Below, piece after piece: positions 14,933-35,341 of a stretch of 64,000 nucleotides of DNA (positions within the stretch are counted from its first letter, which is position 1; each line of letters opens with the position of its first letter). The translations under genes and the position numbers were made by a program. The stretch comes from the human T2T-CHM13v2.0 reference genome, Homo sapiens. The stretch lies in NCBI RefSeq assembly GCF_009914755.1, contig NC_060927.1; one strand, written 5' to 3'. The notes below the pieces were generated by a model. That model saw nothing but the letters and a program-made list of their open reading frames with translations, was not told where the DNA came from and ran no database searches.

Positions 14933-17892
14933 ATAACATGTAATTTAAACTACTAAAAATAAATTTATATGCAAGATGTGTAAAAACAGTAGAATGTATT
15001 TTCTAGTAAAAGATTATGAGAAGGCATGGAAATGTACATTTTTCCTAGTCATAAAAGATTGTCTTAAGTTAGATAAGAAAGCTGAAGGTTTAAGCAAGTT
15101 ATGGAAAGGTTGTAAAAATTAATCTTGCAAAAATTCCATGTGTAAACATTAACTAAATTCAAAAGGGAATTATATGGTCATTTCATAAATTAAGCATTGA
15201 AATAAAGGTTGTCTTAAAACGCTAATCTGCCCTTTAGCAAAAGGGTTATAAAAGGTTTGTAAAGATTTCACCTCATGGTCAAATTGGTTAAGATGAAATG
15301 GAATTGTCTATGAGGTTTCATCAAAAAATTGGGGTTAACAATAAACTAATGCAAGGGTAAAATTTTGCTTTGAATAGGATTTTCATGTAATAGTAAAGGC
15401 TAATAAAAGGTTTTTGCCTTTTGAGTCATCATTTTGGAAAAATAAATAATTTATTGTAATCTGGAATTCTACTTCATAAAATCAAGTGTTTTAAACCTCT
15501 AATATTTAACAGCCTCCCCAAAATCAAACTTCAAATTTCAAAATTGCCTTTCCTGATGTCTAGCTTTCTGGATGGTTCAGAGGGCCCCTGAAGCATCCAG
15601 AGAGGTGGTGAACAGAATTATTTGATATGTTTAGTTAGATGGGATTGCCAAAATGATGTTCAATCTTTAAGTTATATTTTGGTGAATAATACTAATATAT
15701 GTTCCAAAATTGGGGATTTCTAAAATTCTAATGTCTGAATATATGCTATCATCATAATTAAGGTTGTTATGTTAAGTCATTGTAAACCATAGAGATAACC
15801 AAACTTCTTTATCAGTTGCATTTTTAACTGTACCCTGGAAATTTTTTCACTTGCAGACAATTGTCTTGCTTTGTTCCTTCTGAAAAGATGATTTATAGTC
15901 AAGCTATAAGATGTTAACAGGTGCTCTCAAATGCAGGTTTCTAATAGCTTTGAAGATTATAACATTGGAATATAAAAAAAAGTACAGAACTCATGAAAAG
16001 CTAAAATGTTCACAAATATCAACAAAACCAAGAGTTAACCAAGTGAACTCAGAAAGCTAAAGCAACCTTTTCAACTTTTGCTTGGAATATTGCTGATCCT
16101 TGTTTTGTTTTTCAGAGTCAAGGAAACTTATTTTGAACTAGTTACAGCCTGTAATAATAATAATACCTCATGAGTAAGGTATACTCCTGTTCATAAAATT
16201 TGGAGCATGTTTATTTCTCTCTGTCTGGTTCCTCTGGAATTTGGAAACTATCTGTGAGTATTATTAACTTATGGCAACATGGTTGTTGGCATCAGTGCAA
16301 TAAGAATCCATTTTTCTTTTGCAACAGGACACCATTGGAAAAAAAAGTGCTTATTTTACCAGTGCTTTGACTGGAAGCATGTGTTTCCCTTTAAGGAATC
16401 GAGCTTGACATGCAGAGCAAATAAAAGCCCCTTGGGGAAGACTGGCCTCATTCCTTGTCTACACAGTCCCCATACAGCGTTCCTGACCTGTTGTCAGTAA
16501 AGAATGTCACTTTCTAACAGGTCCAGGAGCTCCAAGTTTATCTTGAGAGGATCACCCAATTCACAGGCATTTGAGAATACAATCCCATGGCTGGGCTGGG
16601 CTTTAAAAATTCTTATTTCAGTTTCCCTGGGGAATAGAGTTCCATCAAACTCAACCCAAAAGGCCCATGTAGAAATAGTTATTCTTGCTGGACTTTATGC
16701 AAATAATCAGGTCAAGTATAAGACTAAAATTTATTCTATGAATAACATGGTCCTATCATAATTTGTTTTTACCAAAATGAGGACAACAAGGAGAAAAATT
16801 GTATTCCAAAACTTATACATTTGTCATTAAATTCTAGTCTCATTGTTTTTAAGTTTTTTTTGCTACATTTTAGACTAAACTTGCTTATTCCTGTGAATCA
16901 AATCATGATCTCCTGCAGCTCAGAAGAAACACAAAAGGATGGGTAATGTAAAAATCTGGATCAATATGCTAGTTCTGGGCAATTATCCTGAAAATCCTGC
17001 CAGGTAATGAAAGTTAGTAGGGTGTCCATAACCCAGAGGTTTCTTTGTTTGGGAAAATAAAGCCAAGGAACTTCATAAACCTCCAAAGGGAAATTGTGTA
17101 TCTTGGAAAGTAAAATTTTAGATGGAAATAATCCACTATGCCACCCTTGCAGGAATTGCAATACTCACTCTACTATTTGCAGTAAAGCCATATATGATAG
17201 CACCTTCTAACTGAAATATTGGACAGAGAGTTTCCATTGTTGTAGCATTTTGCTTAATTATTATACTTATAGCAGGGATAATAGCTACCGATCAAGAAGT
17301 AAACATGAAGGTTTTACTATCACTGAGTCTGCCAAGATTTTTTACTGGCTTCGGTAATGTGTCACACCCTAGCTATGCAAAGAGGGTTATAAAGAAAATA
17401 AACTTTACATAAGAAGGGATCTTGTATATTAAATTCTTGTCCTAAAGAGAATTACTGGTTGTTTAAAAAGAGGGATGTTTAGGACAAGCCAGAAAGTCTA
17501 AGCATGTCATAAATGGTCTGTGAAAGTCATGAAGGGATCAATAATTGCAGGAAAGATTTCAGGTTAACACTAAAGTTATTCTAGTCACCCAAATCCAATG
17601 TCGCTTATCCTAAAAGAATGTTACTTTTATATTAATGTTTCAGCAGCATCTGGTGGAGGCAAACCAGTATCACAATCCATCAGAATAGGTGACTGCAATC
17701 AACCTCCAATGCTGCTGCACATAGAAACACATATGGACATGCCTTTCTTCTGTGGAACCTTAGACCAACCCCAGGAAGAGCCCTAGCTGCTGTTCCCCAC
17801 ATGACACCACTTTTCAGCAGGAAGTAGCCAGAAAGAGTTGTCGTCCAACACATCCTAACAGCAGTTAGGCTTACCACTCCTGAGGGGCAGAA

Positions 17893-18518
17893 TGATACAG
17901 GAGTTAAGAACAAATTACTTACGCAGATATTGTGGGCACGGGAGTCCTTGGTAAGGTTTTCATTTTAATAAAAAGCAGCCCCAAAATCATTTTCTTTTCT
18001 AAAAAATAACAGTCTGTAAAATTGAGTTGCAGACATGAACAAGCAAGCTGGAAGCTTGCACAAGTGAATGCCAGCAGTTGTGCCAATAGAAAAATACTAC
18101 ATGGGACTAGGGATGTTCAAAATGGTGGCTTCATCTTCCCTTCTCTTTGTCAGCCACATGTACAGTAAGGAGCAGACAAGATGGTGCTGGCCAAGTGGAA
18201 AGCCCTTTTGCATAATAAGATTAGGGTGGGGTGACAAGCCTTCCTTGAGTGCTACGTAAATGTCAAACCTGATTGAGCCAGTCCATGGGCCCTACATAAA
18301 TCAGACACTGCTTCCTCAAGCCTGCCTATAAAATCTGCTGCACTCCACTGCTTTTCTCTTTTTCGGACACCTCTCTCTTGCAAGGAGCTGCTCTCCTCTC
18401 TCCTTTCTTCTGCCTATTAAACTTTCCATTCCTTAATCCACCCACGTCTGTGCCCTTAATTTTCTTAGCATGAGATGACGAACCCTGGATATTTACCCTA
18501 GACAGTGATGCTGCTTCA
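17893..18518 (+). mobile_element. 3' LTR (MER61-like)
   Basis: TGATACAGGAGTTAAGAA...GCTGCTTCA, preceded by a polypurine tract. Confidence 0.87.
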
Positions 18519-18689
18519 CCAGGAGATGTAGCCATGTGTTACTTGTATAATTAAAAATTAATTCAAAAAGGAAAAGAAAGAACATGTGTTTTGGGATTCA
18601 ACAGGCCTATTTTGAATCTCAGTTCAGCAACTATCTTTGGGCAAGTTAACAGTTTTGTGTCTTAGTGTTCTCATTTGTGAAATGAGATA

Positions 18690-19291
<602 letters not shown>

Positions 19292-19508
19292 AGCCCATAT
19301 CTTATATTATTATAATATTATTAGTGTTTGGAGGATTGAAAGTATTATATAAATTGATTGGTACCTACCTAGTAGATATCCCATAAGTAGTAGTAGTTGT
19401 TATTACTGAGCCTTGAGAACAAAACTTAGTTTTGGGTTCATGGAGACATAATTAATGATATGACAATGCTTGTGAACAATAGAAGTTATAAAGCCCTGGT
19501 GGAGGAGC

Positions 19509-19519
19509 CAAGATGGCCG
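19509..19519 (+). promoter_or_regulatory. L1 5'UTR YY1 site (internal Pol II promoter)
   Basis: CAAGATGGCCG intact. Confidence 0.85.
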
Positions 19520-19694
19520 AATAGGAACAGCTCCGGTCTACAACTCCCAGCGTGAGCGACGCAGAAGACAGGTGATTTCTGCATTTCCATCTGAGGTACC
19601 GGGTTTATCTCACTAGGGAGTGCCAGACAGTGGGCGCAGGTCAGTGGGCGGGCACACCGTGCGTGAGCCGAAGCAGGGTGAGGCATTGTCTCAC

Positions 19695-19949
19695 TCAGGA
19701 AGCACAAGGGGTCAGGGAGTTCCCTTTCCTAGTCAAAGTAAGTGGTGAAAGATGGCACCTGGAAAATCGGGTCACTCCCACCCGAATACTGCGCTTTTCC
19801 GATGGGCTTAAAAAACGGCTCACCAGGAGATTATATCCCGCACATGGCTTGGAGGGTCCTACGCCCACGGAGTCTCGCTGATTGCTAGCACAGCAGTCTG
19901 AGATCAAACTGCCAGGTGGCAGCGAGGCTGGGGGAGGGGCGCCCGCCAT
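19695..19949 (-). CDS. L1 antisense ORF0 (84 aa, open)
   Basis: MAGAPPPASLPPGSLISDCCASNQRDSVGVGPS... matches the primate L1 ORF0 N-terminus; expression not shown. Confidence 0.7.
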   Translation of the reverse strand: MAGAPPPASLPPGSLISDCCASNQRDSVGVGPSKPCAGYNLLVSRFLSPSEKRSIRVGVTRFSRCHLSPLTLTRKGNSLTPCAS

Positions 19950-20400
19950 TGCCTAGGCTTGCTTAGGTAAATAAAGCAGCCGGGAAGCTCCAACTGTGTG
20001 GAGCCCTCCACAGCTCAAGGAGGCCTGCCTGCCTCTGTAGGCTCCACCTCTGGGGGCAGGGCACAGACAAACAAAAAGCAGTAACCTCTGTAGACTTAAA
20101 TGTCCCTGTCTGACAGCTTTGAAGAGAGCAGTGGTTCTCCCAGCACACAGCTGGAGATCTGAGAATGGGCAGACTGCCTCCTCAAGTGGGTCCCTGACTC
20201 CTGACCCCCAAGCAGCCTAACTGGGAGGCACCCCACAGCAGGGGCAGACTGACACCACACACGGCCAAGTACTCCAACAGACCTGCAGCTGAAGGTCCTG
20301 TCTGTTAGAAGGAAAACTAACAAACAGAAAGGACATCCACACCAAAAACCCATATGTACATCACCATCATCAAAGACCAAAAGTAGATAAAACCACAAAG

Positions 20401-21417
20401 ATGGGGAAAAAACAGAGCAGAAAAATTGGAAACTCTAAAAAGCAGAGCACCTCTCCTCCTCCAAAGGAACGCAGTTCCTCACCAGCAACGGAACAAAGCT
20501 GGATGGAGAATGACTTTGACGAGCTGAGAGAAGAAGGCTTCAGATGATCAAATTACTCTGAGCTATGGGAGGAAATTCAAACCAAAGGCAAAGAAGTTGA
20601 AAACTTAGAAAAAAATTTAGAAGAATGTATAACTAGAATAACCAATACAGAGAAGTGCTTAAAGGAGCTGATGGAGCTGAAAACCACGGCTTGAGAACTA
20701 CGTGAAGAATGCAGAAGCCTCAGGAGCCGATGCGATCAACTGGAAGAAAGGGTATCAGCGATGGAAGATGAAATGAATGAAATGAAGCGAGAAGGGAAGT
20801 TTAGAGAAAAAAGAATAAAAAGAAATGAACAAAGCCTCCAAGAAATATGGGACTATGTGAAAAGACCAAATCTACGTCTGATTGGTGTACCTGAAAGTGA
20901 CAGGGAGAATGGAACCAAGTTGGAAAACACTCTGCAGGATATTATCCAGGAGAACTTCCCCAATCTAGCAAGGCAGGCCAACATTCAGATTCAGGAAATA
21001 CAGAGAACGCCACAAAGATACTCCTCGAGAAGAGCAACTCCAAGACACATAATTGTCAGATTCACCAAAGTTGAAATGAAGGAAAAAATGTTAAGGGCAG
21101 CCAGAGAGAAAGGTTGGGTTACCCTCAAAGGGAAGCCCATCAGACTAACAGCAGAGCTCTCGGCAGAAACTCTACAAGCCAGAAGAGAGTGGGGGCCAAT
21201 ATTCAACATTCTTAAAGAAAAGAATTTTCAACCCAGAATTTCATATCCAGCCAAACTAAGCTTCATAAGTGAAGGAGAAATAAAATACTTTACAGACAAG
21301 CAAATGCTGAGAGATTTTGTCACCACCAGGCCTGTCCTAAAAGAGCTCCTGAAGGAAGCGCTAAACATGGAAAGGAACGACCGGCACCAGCCACTGCAAA
21401 ATCATGCCAAAATGTAA
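20401..21417 (+). pseudogene. L1 ORF1p, disrupted
   Basis: MGKKQSRKIGNSKKQS...NHAKM*, full 338-codon length but with TGA at 20545 and 20692 (CGA>TGA). Confidence 0.93.
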
Positions 21418-21465
21418 AGACCCTCAAGACTAGGAAGAAACTGCATCAACTAACGAGCAAAATAA

Positions 21466-25308
<3,843 letters not shown>

Positions 25309-26188
25309 ACAATGAGAACACATGGACACAGGAAGGGGAACATCACACTCCGGGGACTGTTGTGGGGTGGTGGGAGTGGGGAGGGATAGCATTGGGAGGT
25401 ACACCTAATGCTAGATGATGAATTAGTGGGTGCAGCACACCAGCATGGCACATGTATACATATGTAACTAACCTGCACATTGTGCACATGCACCCTAAAA
25501 CTTAAAGTATAATAATAATAAAAAAAAAAGAAGTTATAAAGCCCTGAAACCAAGGTAGCGGAGAAATTTCCAGCTTTGGCCATAACATGAGAGATTTTTT
25601 TCCACCAATCTGTGCCCAGTTTTCTTTTGTAGAACATGCTGTTCTAACATAATAATCAAAGGTAAGGTGATGCATTATTGGTAAGAAATAGGAGCTTATG
25701 CTCTTGGTAATAATCCATGAATGTGATTGTAGAAGGCAACATCCATTTGACATTCTAGGAAATTCCATAAGGCTGAAAGACTTCTTGGAAGGAACTTCTA
25801 CATTTCTTAGACAATAAAGAGATTCAGCAGGTCATATATGGGAGAGTGTGGGAGAAAGTAATTCACCTCAATTAGGCTTGATGATCTCGTGTCATTTCTG
25901 AAGCTGATACACCTGAAATGCAACACACCAGAGAGAATCTCTGGTAAATATTAATAGGTCAGCCTCAGAGGGTGATCTTGGAGACTCTCCTTCCACATTT
26001 CTTGTTTCACTTCAATATCCAACATGCTGAACAATACAAGAGCTTCTAAGAGTGCAGCCACATCATTCTCACTTGAATTACTAAATAGCTTTCTGTCTCC
26101 CTGTCTATGCTTTTCACTCTCTGTTCTCTTCAATGCCACCAGTTTTCATTTTCAAACCAAGTAACCCTTCAAAAAAATTATCAAATAG

Positions 26189-26670
26189 GGCCAGGTGTGG
26201 TGGCTTATGCCTATAATCCTAGCACTTTGGGAGGCAAAGGTGGGAGGATCACTTGAGCTCAGGAGTTCAAGACCAGCCTAAGCAACATAGTGAGCATTTA
26301 CATTAGTTGACCTTACTTGAATTAGGCACAGAGGTGGCCATCTGATGTAAACTTACCACATTTGGAGTTGAGATGGAGATGCTTATTCTAGACTGATTGC
26401 TGGAACCAAGGCAATGTGTAACTGGCATATAGAAGCCATGCATGTTAAATAGAAAGGCAGAGGTGAGACTAGAGGAGGCAGCTACCCCGGTTCCTGATGG
26501 CTTTCTTGTTCTTGGTCAAAGTCCCTTTAAAACCCAGCTGTGTTCCTGTCTTTGGAATCTAGATGATTTTCCTGCATCCTTATGGATAAATCTTCAACCC
26601 CATTCTTATTTTATTTTTTCTCAAGCTAGTTTAAGTGAGATTTTGTTGTATCCAAACAAAAAAGCTCTCA
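26189..26670 (+). mobile_element. Alu left-arm fragment (~26189-26295) followed by an old ERVL-type LTR fragment
   Basis: Alu left monomer; then ...tcaagctagtttaagtgagattttgttg...ctcactaaca, resembling LTR33-type 3' ends. Confidence 0.5.
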
Positions 26671-27083
26671 CTAACATGGCATTTAGGATGAAATTCAAAC
26701 ACTTTCACCTGGTTTGCAATGTTCTTTATGCTGGTGCCTGCTTTTGCTTCCATTTTACCTCTCTTAATGTGTATCATACATAATCCAGCTCTGATCAATC
26801 TCCTTTAAAGCTCAGCTCCTCCAAGAAAAGTCCCCAATAACTTCCCAGCCTTTGAAGTACTTCTTTCTTGTATATTTGTCATGCTGCTCTTGTGTCTGGT
26901 GGTTTCCCCATCCCTCCTCTACTAGGCTCTATGGACAGTCAAGATTAGATGTTCTATTCGTAGCCCCCATGGTAGTGCTAGGCCCTTAGGAGATACTAAT
27001 AAATAGCAAATAAGTGAAAGAATATATTCGTAATAAAACTATCCACTGTTGACATAAAAACCATATTATAAAACCTAGACCTA

Positions 27084-27729
<646 letters not shown>

Positions 27730-28959
27730 TTAGGAATGTAGGATTTCGAATCAGTCTACTGCATAGGTGAAAACCACCTATTCCATAGGGTTATAAGGAT
27801 TAAGTGAGATAATGTATATAAACTACTCAGGACATTAGCCTGGGATATAATAATTAATGAGCATTTAATAATCAGTAGATATAGGTCTTTTTCATTCTAG
27901 ATTTAGAATAAAAATATATTTAGAATGTATATCTATTCTGTATTTTAAAACAGAGTTAGGACTCCCAGAACTATAGGAATCAGTGACTCTATAAAGCACT
28001 GGAAATTTCTAAAACCAACATTTTGCAACTTGAAGGAATTTAGCTGGGATTGAGAGCTGACTACAGATGTGTCATAGACAATAAGCTTTGGTGAATATTT
28101 GCCAAAGCTGGTTTGCAGACCATCTTCTATGTAAAACTCTTTAAGGATTTGACTGACTGCTGGCCCAAGGTGTGGTTGTTGCTTAAGAGCCTACCCTAGA
28201 TTGGTCAGCATTTTCTCACCTGCCTGTCCAGATTCCGTAAGAGAAGTTGTCCACTCGCAGCTCAGCAGGGACTGCCCCTCCTCATGGTGGCCTTGCCCTC
28301 CCCATCCCTCCTCTGGATAAATGAACAAAGACCTGATCTGCAGAGTCATAGACCACACAGACCCCAAGACCCCATGGAGAAGAGACAGAGTGAATTGGAA
28401 GGTAACATCCCCAATGAAGCCTGATTGTCCTTCCTAGATTGGATTCTCTGAGATTGGCCCACATTCTTACAACACACTTCCTTTTCATAAGCTAGTTTGA
28501 GTGGGTTTTGGCTTGTTTTGCTTCTCAAGTAAAAAAAATATTACCAAGATGGGAGGCCCAATGAGGGGATAGGAGTTGGGTGAAGAGGGGCAGTCCCTGA
28601 GAATCTCAGTGTGGGGAGCCGGTAGCCTGGGGAATAAAGTAGAAAGCCAGCCAGCTAAGTCTCCACTGGTAGTCCTAGACCACGTTTCCTCCTGGATCCA
28701 GGTGGCTGAATACCATATCAGAATGTGAGCACTCCTCCTGGTCATATTGTACTCATAAAGTACAATAGGAGAGATAGGTTTATGGGGCAAAGCTGGAAGC
28801 AGAAATAGCAGGAAGGCTTTCTTCCCTCCTTACTATCTTCTTTCCAATTCCTTCCTACCCTACCATAAAGGGATTTTGGTAAAAAATGCATCAGAGTTAT
28901 ACTCTAAGACATGATCAATATTGGCAAGGTTTGTTAGTCTTGTAGCCTCTCCAGTCTTT

Positions 28960-29781
<822 letters not shown>

Positions 29782-32053
29782 TAAGCCTCTCCCTACATTG
29801 CTCTGTAACAATCTTCCACTGCATGGGAGGAAAGATAGAGGGAATGATGGAAAGGAAAAGGAGAGAGAACAGAAGAGTCTCACAGGACCTATAAGACAAA
29901 AATTCAATAAAAAAAAAACAACAACCAAAAAACCAAGGTATATAGGCAACAAACAGCACAATAAATGGAATGGTACCTCACATCTCAATACTAACATTGA
30001 ATGCAAATGGCCTAAATGCTCCACTTAAAAGATGCAGAATTGCAGAATGGATAAGAATTCACCAACCATCTGCTGCCTTCAAAAAACTCACCTAACACTC
30101 AAGGACTTACATAAACTTAAGGTAAAGGGGTGGAAAAAGACATTCCATGCAAATGGACACCAAAAGCAAGCAGGAGTAGCTACTCTTATATCAGACAAAA
30201 CAAACTTTAAAGCAACAGCAATTAAAAAAGACAAAGCGGGACATTATATAATGATAAAAGGCCTTGTCCAACAGGAAAATATCACAATCCTAAATATATA
30301 TGCACTTAACACTGGAGCTCCCAAACTTATAAAACAATTACTACTAGATCTAAGAAATGAGACAGACAGAAACACAGTAACAGTGGGGGACCTCAATACT
30401 CCACTGACAGCACTAGACAGGTTATCAAGACAGGAAAGTCAACAAAGAAACAATGGATTTAAATTATACCCTGGAATAAATGGACTTAACAGATATTTAC
30501 AGAACCTTCTACCCAACAAATGCAGAATATTCATTCTATTCATCAGTGCATAGAAATTTATCCAAGATAGACCATATGATAGGCCACAAAACAAGCCTCA
30601 ATAAATTTAAGAAAATTGAATTATATCAAGCACTCTCTCAGACTACAGTGGAATAAAACTGGAAATAAACTCCAAAAGGAAGCTTCAAAACCATGCAAAT
30701 ACATGGAAATTAAAAAACCTGCTCCTGAATAAGCATTGGGTCAAAAATGAAATCAAGATGGAAATTTAAAAATTCTTCAAACTGAACGACAATAGTGACA
30801 TGACTTATCAAAACCTCTGGGATACAGCAAAGGCGGTGCTAAGAGGAAAGTTCATAGCCCTAAATGCCTACATCAAAAAGTCTGAAAGAGCACAAACAGA
30901 CCATCTAAGGTCACACTTCAAGGAACTAGAGAAACAAGAACAAACCAAACCCAAACCCAGTAGGAGAAGGGAAATAATTAAGATCAGATCAGAACTAAAT
31001 TAAATTGAAACAAACAAACAAACAAAAAAACAAGATAAATGAAACAAAAAGCTGGTTCTTTGAAAAGATAAATAAAACTGATAGACCATTAGCAAGATTA
31101 ACCAAGAAGAGAGAAAATTCAAATAAGCTCAATTAGAAATGAAATGGGAGATATTACAACTGACATCACAGAAATACAAAGGCTACTATGAACACTTTTG
31201 CATGCATAAACTAGAAAACCTAGAGGAGATGGATAAATTCCTGGAAAGTTACAACCCATCTAGCTTAAATCAGGAAGAATTAGATACCCTGAACAGACCA
31301 ATAACAAGCAGCAAGATTGAAATGGTAATAAAATTACTAACAAAAAAAAGTACGGGACAAGATTCACAGCAGAATTCTACCAGACATTCAAAGGAGAATT
31401 GGTACCAATCCTACTGACACTATTCCACAAGACAGAGAAAGAGGGAATCCTCCCTAAATCATTCTATGAAGCAAGTATCACCCTAAACCAAGGACAGGAC
31501 ATAACCAAAAAAGAACAGTATAGACCAATATCCCTGATGAACATAAATGCAAAAATACTAGCTAACCAAATCCAACAATGTATCCAGAAAGATAATCCAC
31601 CATGATCAAGTGGGTTTCATACCAGGGATGCAGGAATGGTTTAACATATGCAAGTCAATAAATGTGATATACCACATAAATAGAATTAAAAACAAAAAAT
31701 CACATGATCATCTCAATAGATGCAGAAAAAGCATTAGACAAAATCCAGCATCCTTTATGATTAAAATTCTCAGAAAAATCGGCATACAAGGGACATACCT
31801 CAACATAATACAAGCCATCTATGACAAACCCACAGCCAAAATAATACTGAATGGGAAAAAGCTGAAAGCAGCTGGATGCAGTGGCTCACGCCTGTAATCC
31901 CAGCACTTTGGGAGGCCAAGGTAGGCAGATCACGAGGTCAAGAGATCGAGAACATCCTGGCCAACATGGTGAAACCCTGTCTCTACTAAAAATACACACA
32001 CACACACAAATTAGCTCGACATGGTGGCACATGCCTGTAGTCTCAGGTACTCA

Positions 32054-32155
<102 letters not shown>

Positions 32156-32911
32156 TCAAAAAAAAAAAAAAAAAAGAAGAGTTGAAAGTATTCCCTCTGA
32201 GAATTGGAATAACTCTCACAACTTCCCTTTAACATAGTACTGGAATTCCTAGCCAGAGCAATCAGACAAGAGAAAGAAATAAAGGGCATCCAAATTGGTA
32301 AAGAGGAAATCAAACTGTCGCTGTTTGCTGATGATATGATTGTTTACCTAGAAAACCACAAAGACTCCTCCAGAAAGCTGCTAGAACTGATAAAAGAATT
32401 CAGCAAAATTTCCAGATACGAAATTAATGTACACAAATCAGTTGCTCTTCTACACAACAACAGCGACCAAGCTGAGAATCAAAATAGCTGCAAAAAAAAT
32501 AAAATACTTAGGAGTATACCTAACCAAGGAGTTGAAAGACCTCTACAAGGAAAACTACAAAACACTGCTGAAAGAAATCACAGATGACACAAACAAATGG
32601 AAACACATCCTATGTTCATGGATGGGTAGAATCATTATTGTGAAAATGACCATACTGCCAAAAGCAATCTACAAATTCAGCGCAATCCCCATCAAAATAC
32701 TACCATCATTCTTCATAGAACTAAAAAAAGCAAAAACAAAAAAAAAACAAATCTGGAGGCATCACATTGCCTGATTTCAAACTATGGTATAAGTCCATAG
32801 TCACCAAAACAGCATGGTACTGGTATAAAAATAGGCACGTAGAACAATGGAACAGAACAAAGAACTCAGAAATAAACCCAAATACTTGCAGCCAACTGAT
32901 CTTCCATACAG

Positions 32912-33971
32912 TATCAGGGAACCTGCCCTGATAGTCACATAGGTTCTTTTCTATTTTCCCTAAGCATCGGCCAGGTTGAGAAAAAAAGGGACAGAGTACA
33001 AAAGGGAGAAATTTTAAAGCTGGGCATCCAGGGGAGACATCACATGTCGGTAGGTTCCGTGATGCCCCACAAGCCACAAAACCAGCACGTTTTTATGAGG
33101 GACTTTCAAAAGGGGAGGGAGTGTACAAACAGCGTGTGGGTCACAAAGGTCACGTACTTCACAAGGTAATAGAATATCACAAGGCAAATGGAGGCAGGGC
33201 AAGATCACAGGACCACAGGACCGGGGTGAAATTAAAATTGCTAATGAAGTTTCGGGCCCCATTGTCATTGATCACATCTTATCAGGAGACAGGGTTTTGA
33301 GAGCAAACGGTCTGACCAAAATTTATTAGGCGGGAATTTCCTCTTCCTAATAAGCCTGGGAGCGCTATGGGAGACTGAGGTTTATTTCATCCCTACAGTT
33401 TCGACCATAGAAGACGGCCACACCCAAGGGGGCCATTTACAGACCCACCCTCAGGGGTGCATTCTCTTTCTCAGGGATGTTCCTTGCTAAGAAAAAGAAT
33501 TCAGCGATATTTCTCCCATTTGCTTTTGAAAGAAGAGAAACATGGCTCTTTTCCGCCTGGCTCACCGGCGGTCAGTTTAAGGTTATCTCTCTTATTCCCT
33601 AAACAATTGCTGTTATCCTGTTCTTTTTTCAAGGTGCCCAGATTTCATATTGTTCAAACACACGTTCTACAATTTGTGCAGTTAATGCAATTATCACAGG
33701 GTCCTGAGGTGACATACATCCTCCTCAGCTGACAGGATTAAGATATTAAAGACAGGCCTAGGAAATCACAAGGGTATTGATTGGGGAAGTGATAAGTGTC
33801 CATGAAATCTTCACAATTTGTGTTTAGAGATTGCAGTAAAGATAGGCATAAGAAATTATAAAAGTATTAAATTGGGGAACTAATAAATGTCCATGAAATC
33901 TTCACAATCCATGTTCTTCTGCCATGGCTTCAGCCGGTCCCTCTGTTTGGGGTCCCTGACTTCCCACAACA
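32912..33971 (-). mobile_element. MER11-like (HML-8/HERV-K11) solo LTR, ~1060 bp
   Basis: Reverse complement starts TGTTGTGGGAAGTCAGGGACCCCAAACAGAGGGACCGGCTGAAGCC; 6-bp TSD atacag/ataaag. Confidence 0.88.
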
Positions 33972-34813
33972 ATAAAGCAAACAAAAACATAAAGTGGTGA
34001 TAGGACACCCTATTCAACAAATAGTGCTGGGATAATTGGCAAGCCACATGTAGGAGAATGAAACTGGATCCTCGTCTCTCACCTTATGCAAAAATCAACT
34101 CAAGATGGATCAAGAATTTAAATCTAAGACCTGAAACTATAAAAATTCTAGAAGATAACATTGGAAAAACCTTCTAGACATTGGCTTAGGCAAGGATTTC
34201 ATGACCAAGAACCCAAAAGAAAATGCAATAAAAACAAAGATAAATAGCTGGGACATAATTAAACGAAAGAGCTTTTGCACAGCAAAAGGAAGTCAGCAGA
34301 GTAAACAGGCAACCCACAGAGTGGGAGAAAATCTTCACTATCTATACAATTGACAAAGGACTAATATCCAGAATCTACAACAAACTCAAACAAATCAGCA
34401 AGAAAAAAACAAACAATCCCATCAAAAAGTGGGCTAAGGATACGAATAGAAAATTCTAAAAAGATGATGTACAAATGGCCAACAAAGATATGAAAAAATA
34501 CTCAACATCACTAACAATCAGGGAAATGTAACTTAAAACTACAATGCGATACCACCTTACTCCTGCAAGAATGGCCCTAGTTAAAAAAAAAAAGAACAAA
34601 AAATGATATATGTTGGTGTGGATGTGGTGAACAGGGAACACTTCTACACTGTTGGTGGGAATGTAAACTACTACAGCCACTATGGAAAACAGTGTGGAGA
34701 TTCCTTAAAGAACTAAATGTAGAACTACTATTTGATCCAGCAATCCCACTATTGGGTATCTACCCAGAGGAAAGGAAGTCATTATATGAAAAAGATACTT
34801 GAACATATATTTA

Positions 34814-35341
<528 letters not shown>

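Noticed and set aside
12420-17892. Hidden pol/env coding capacity in the ERV internal region
   Set aside because: Only short ORFs, with no RT (YxDD), integrase or TM motifs visible
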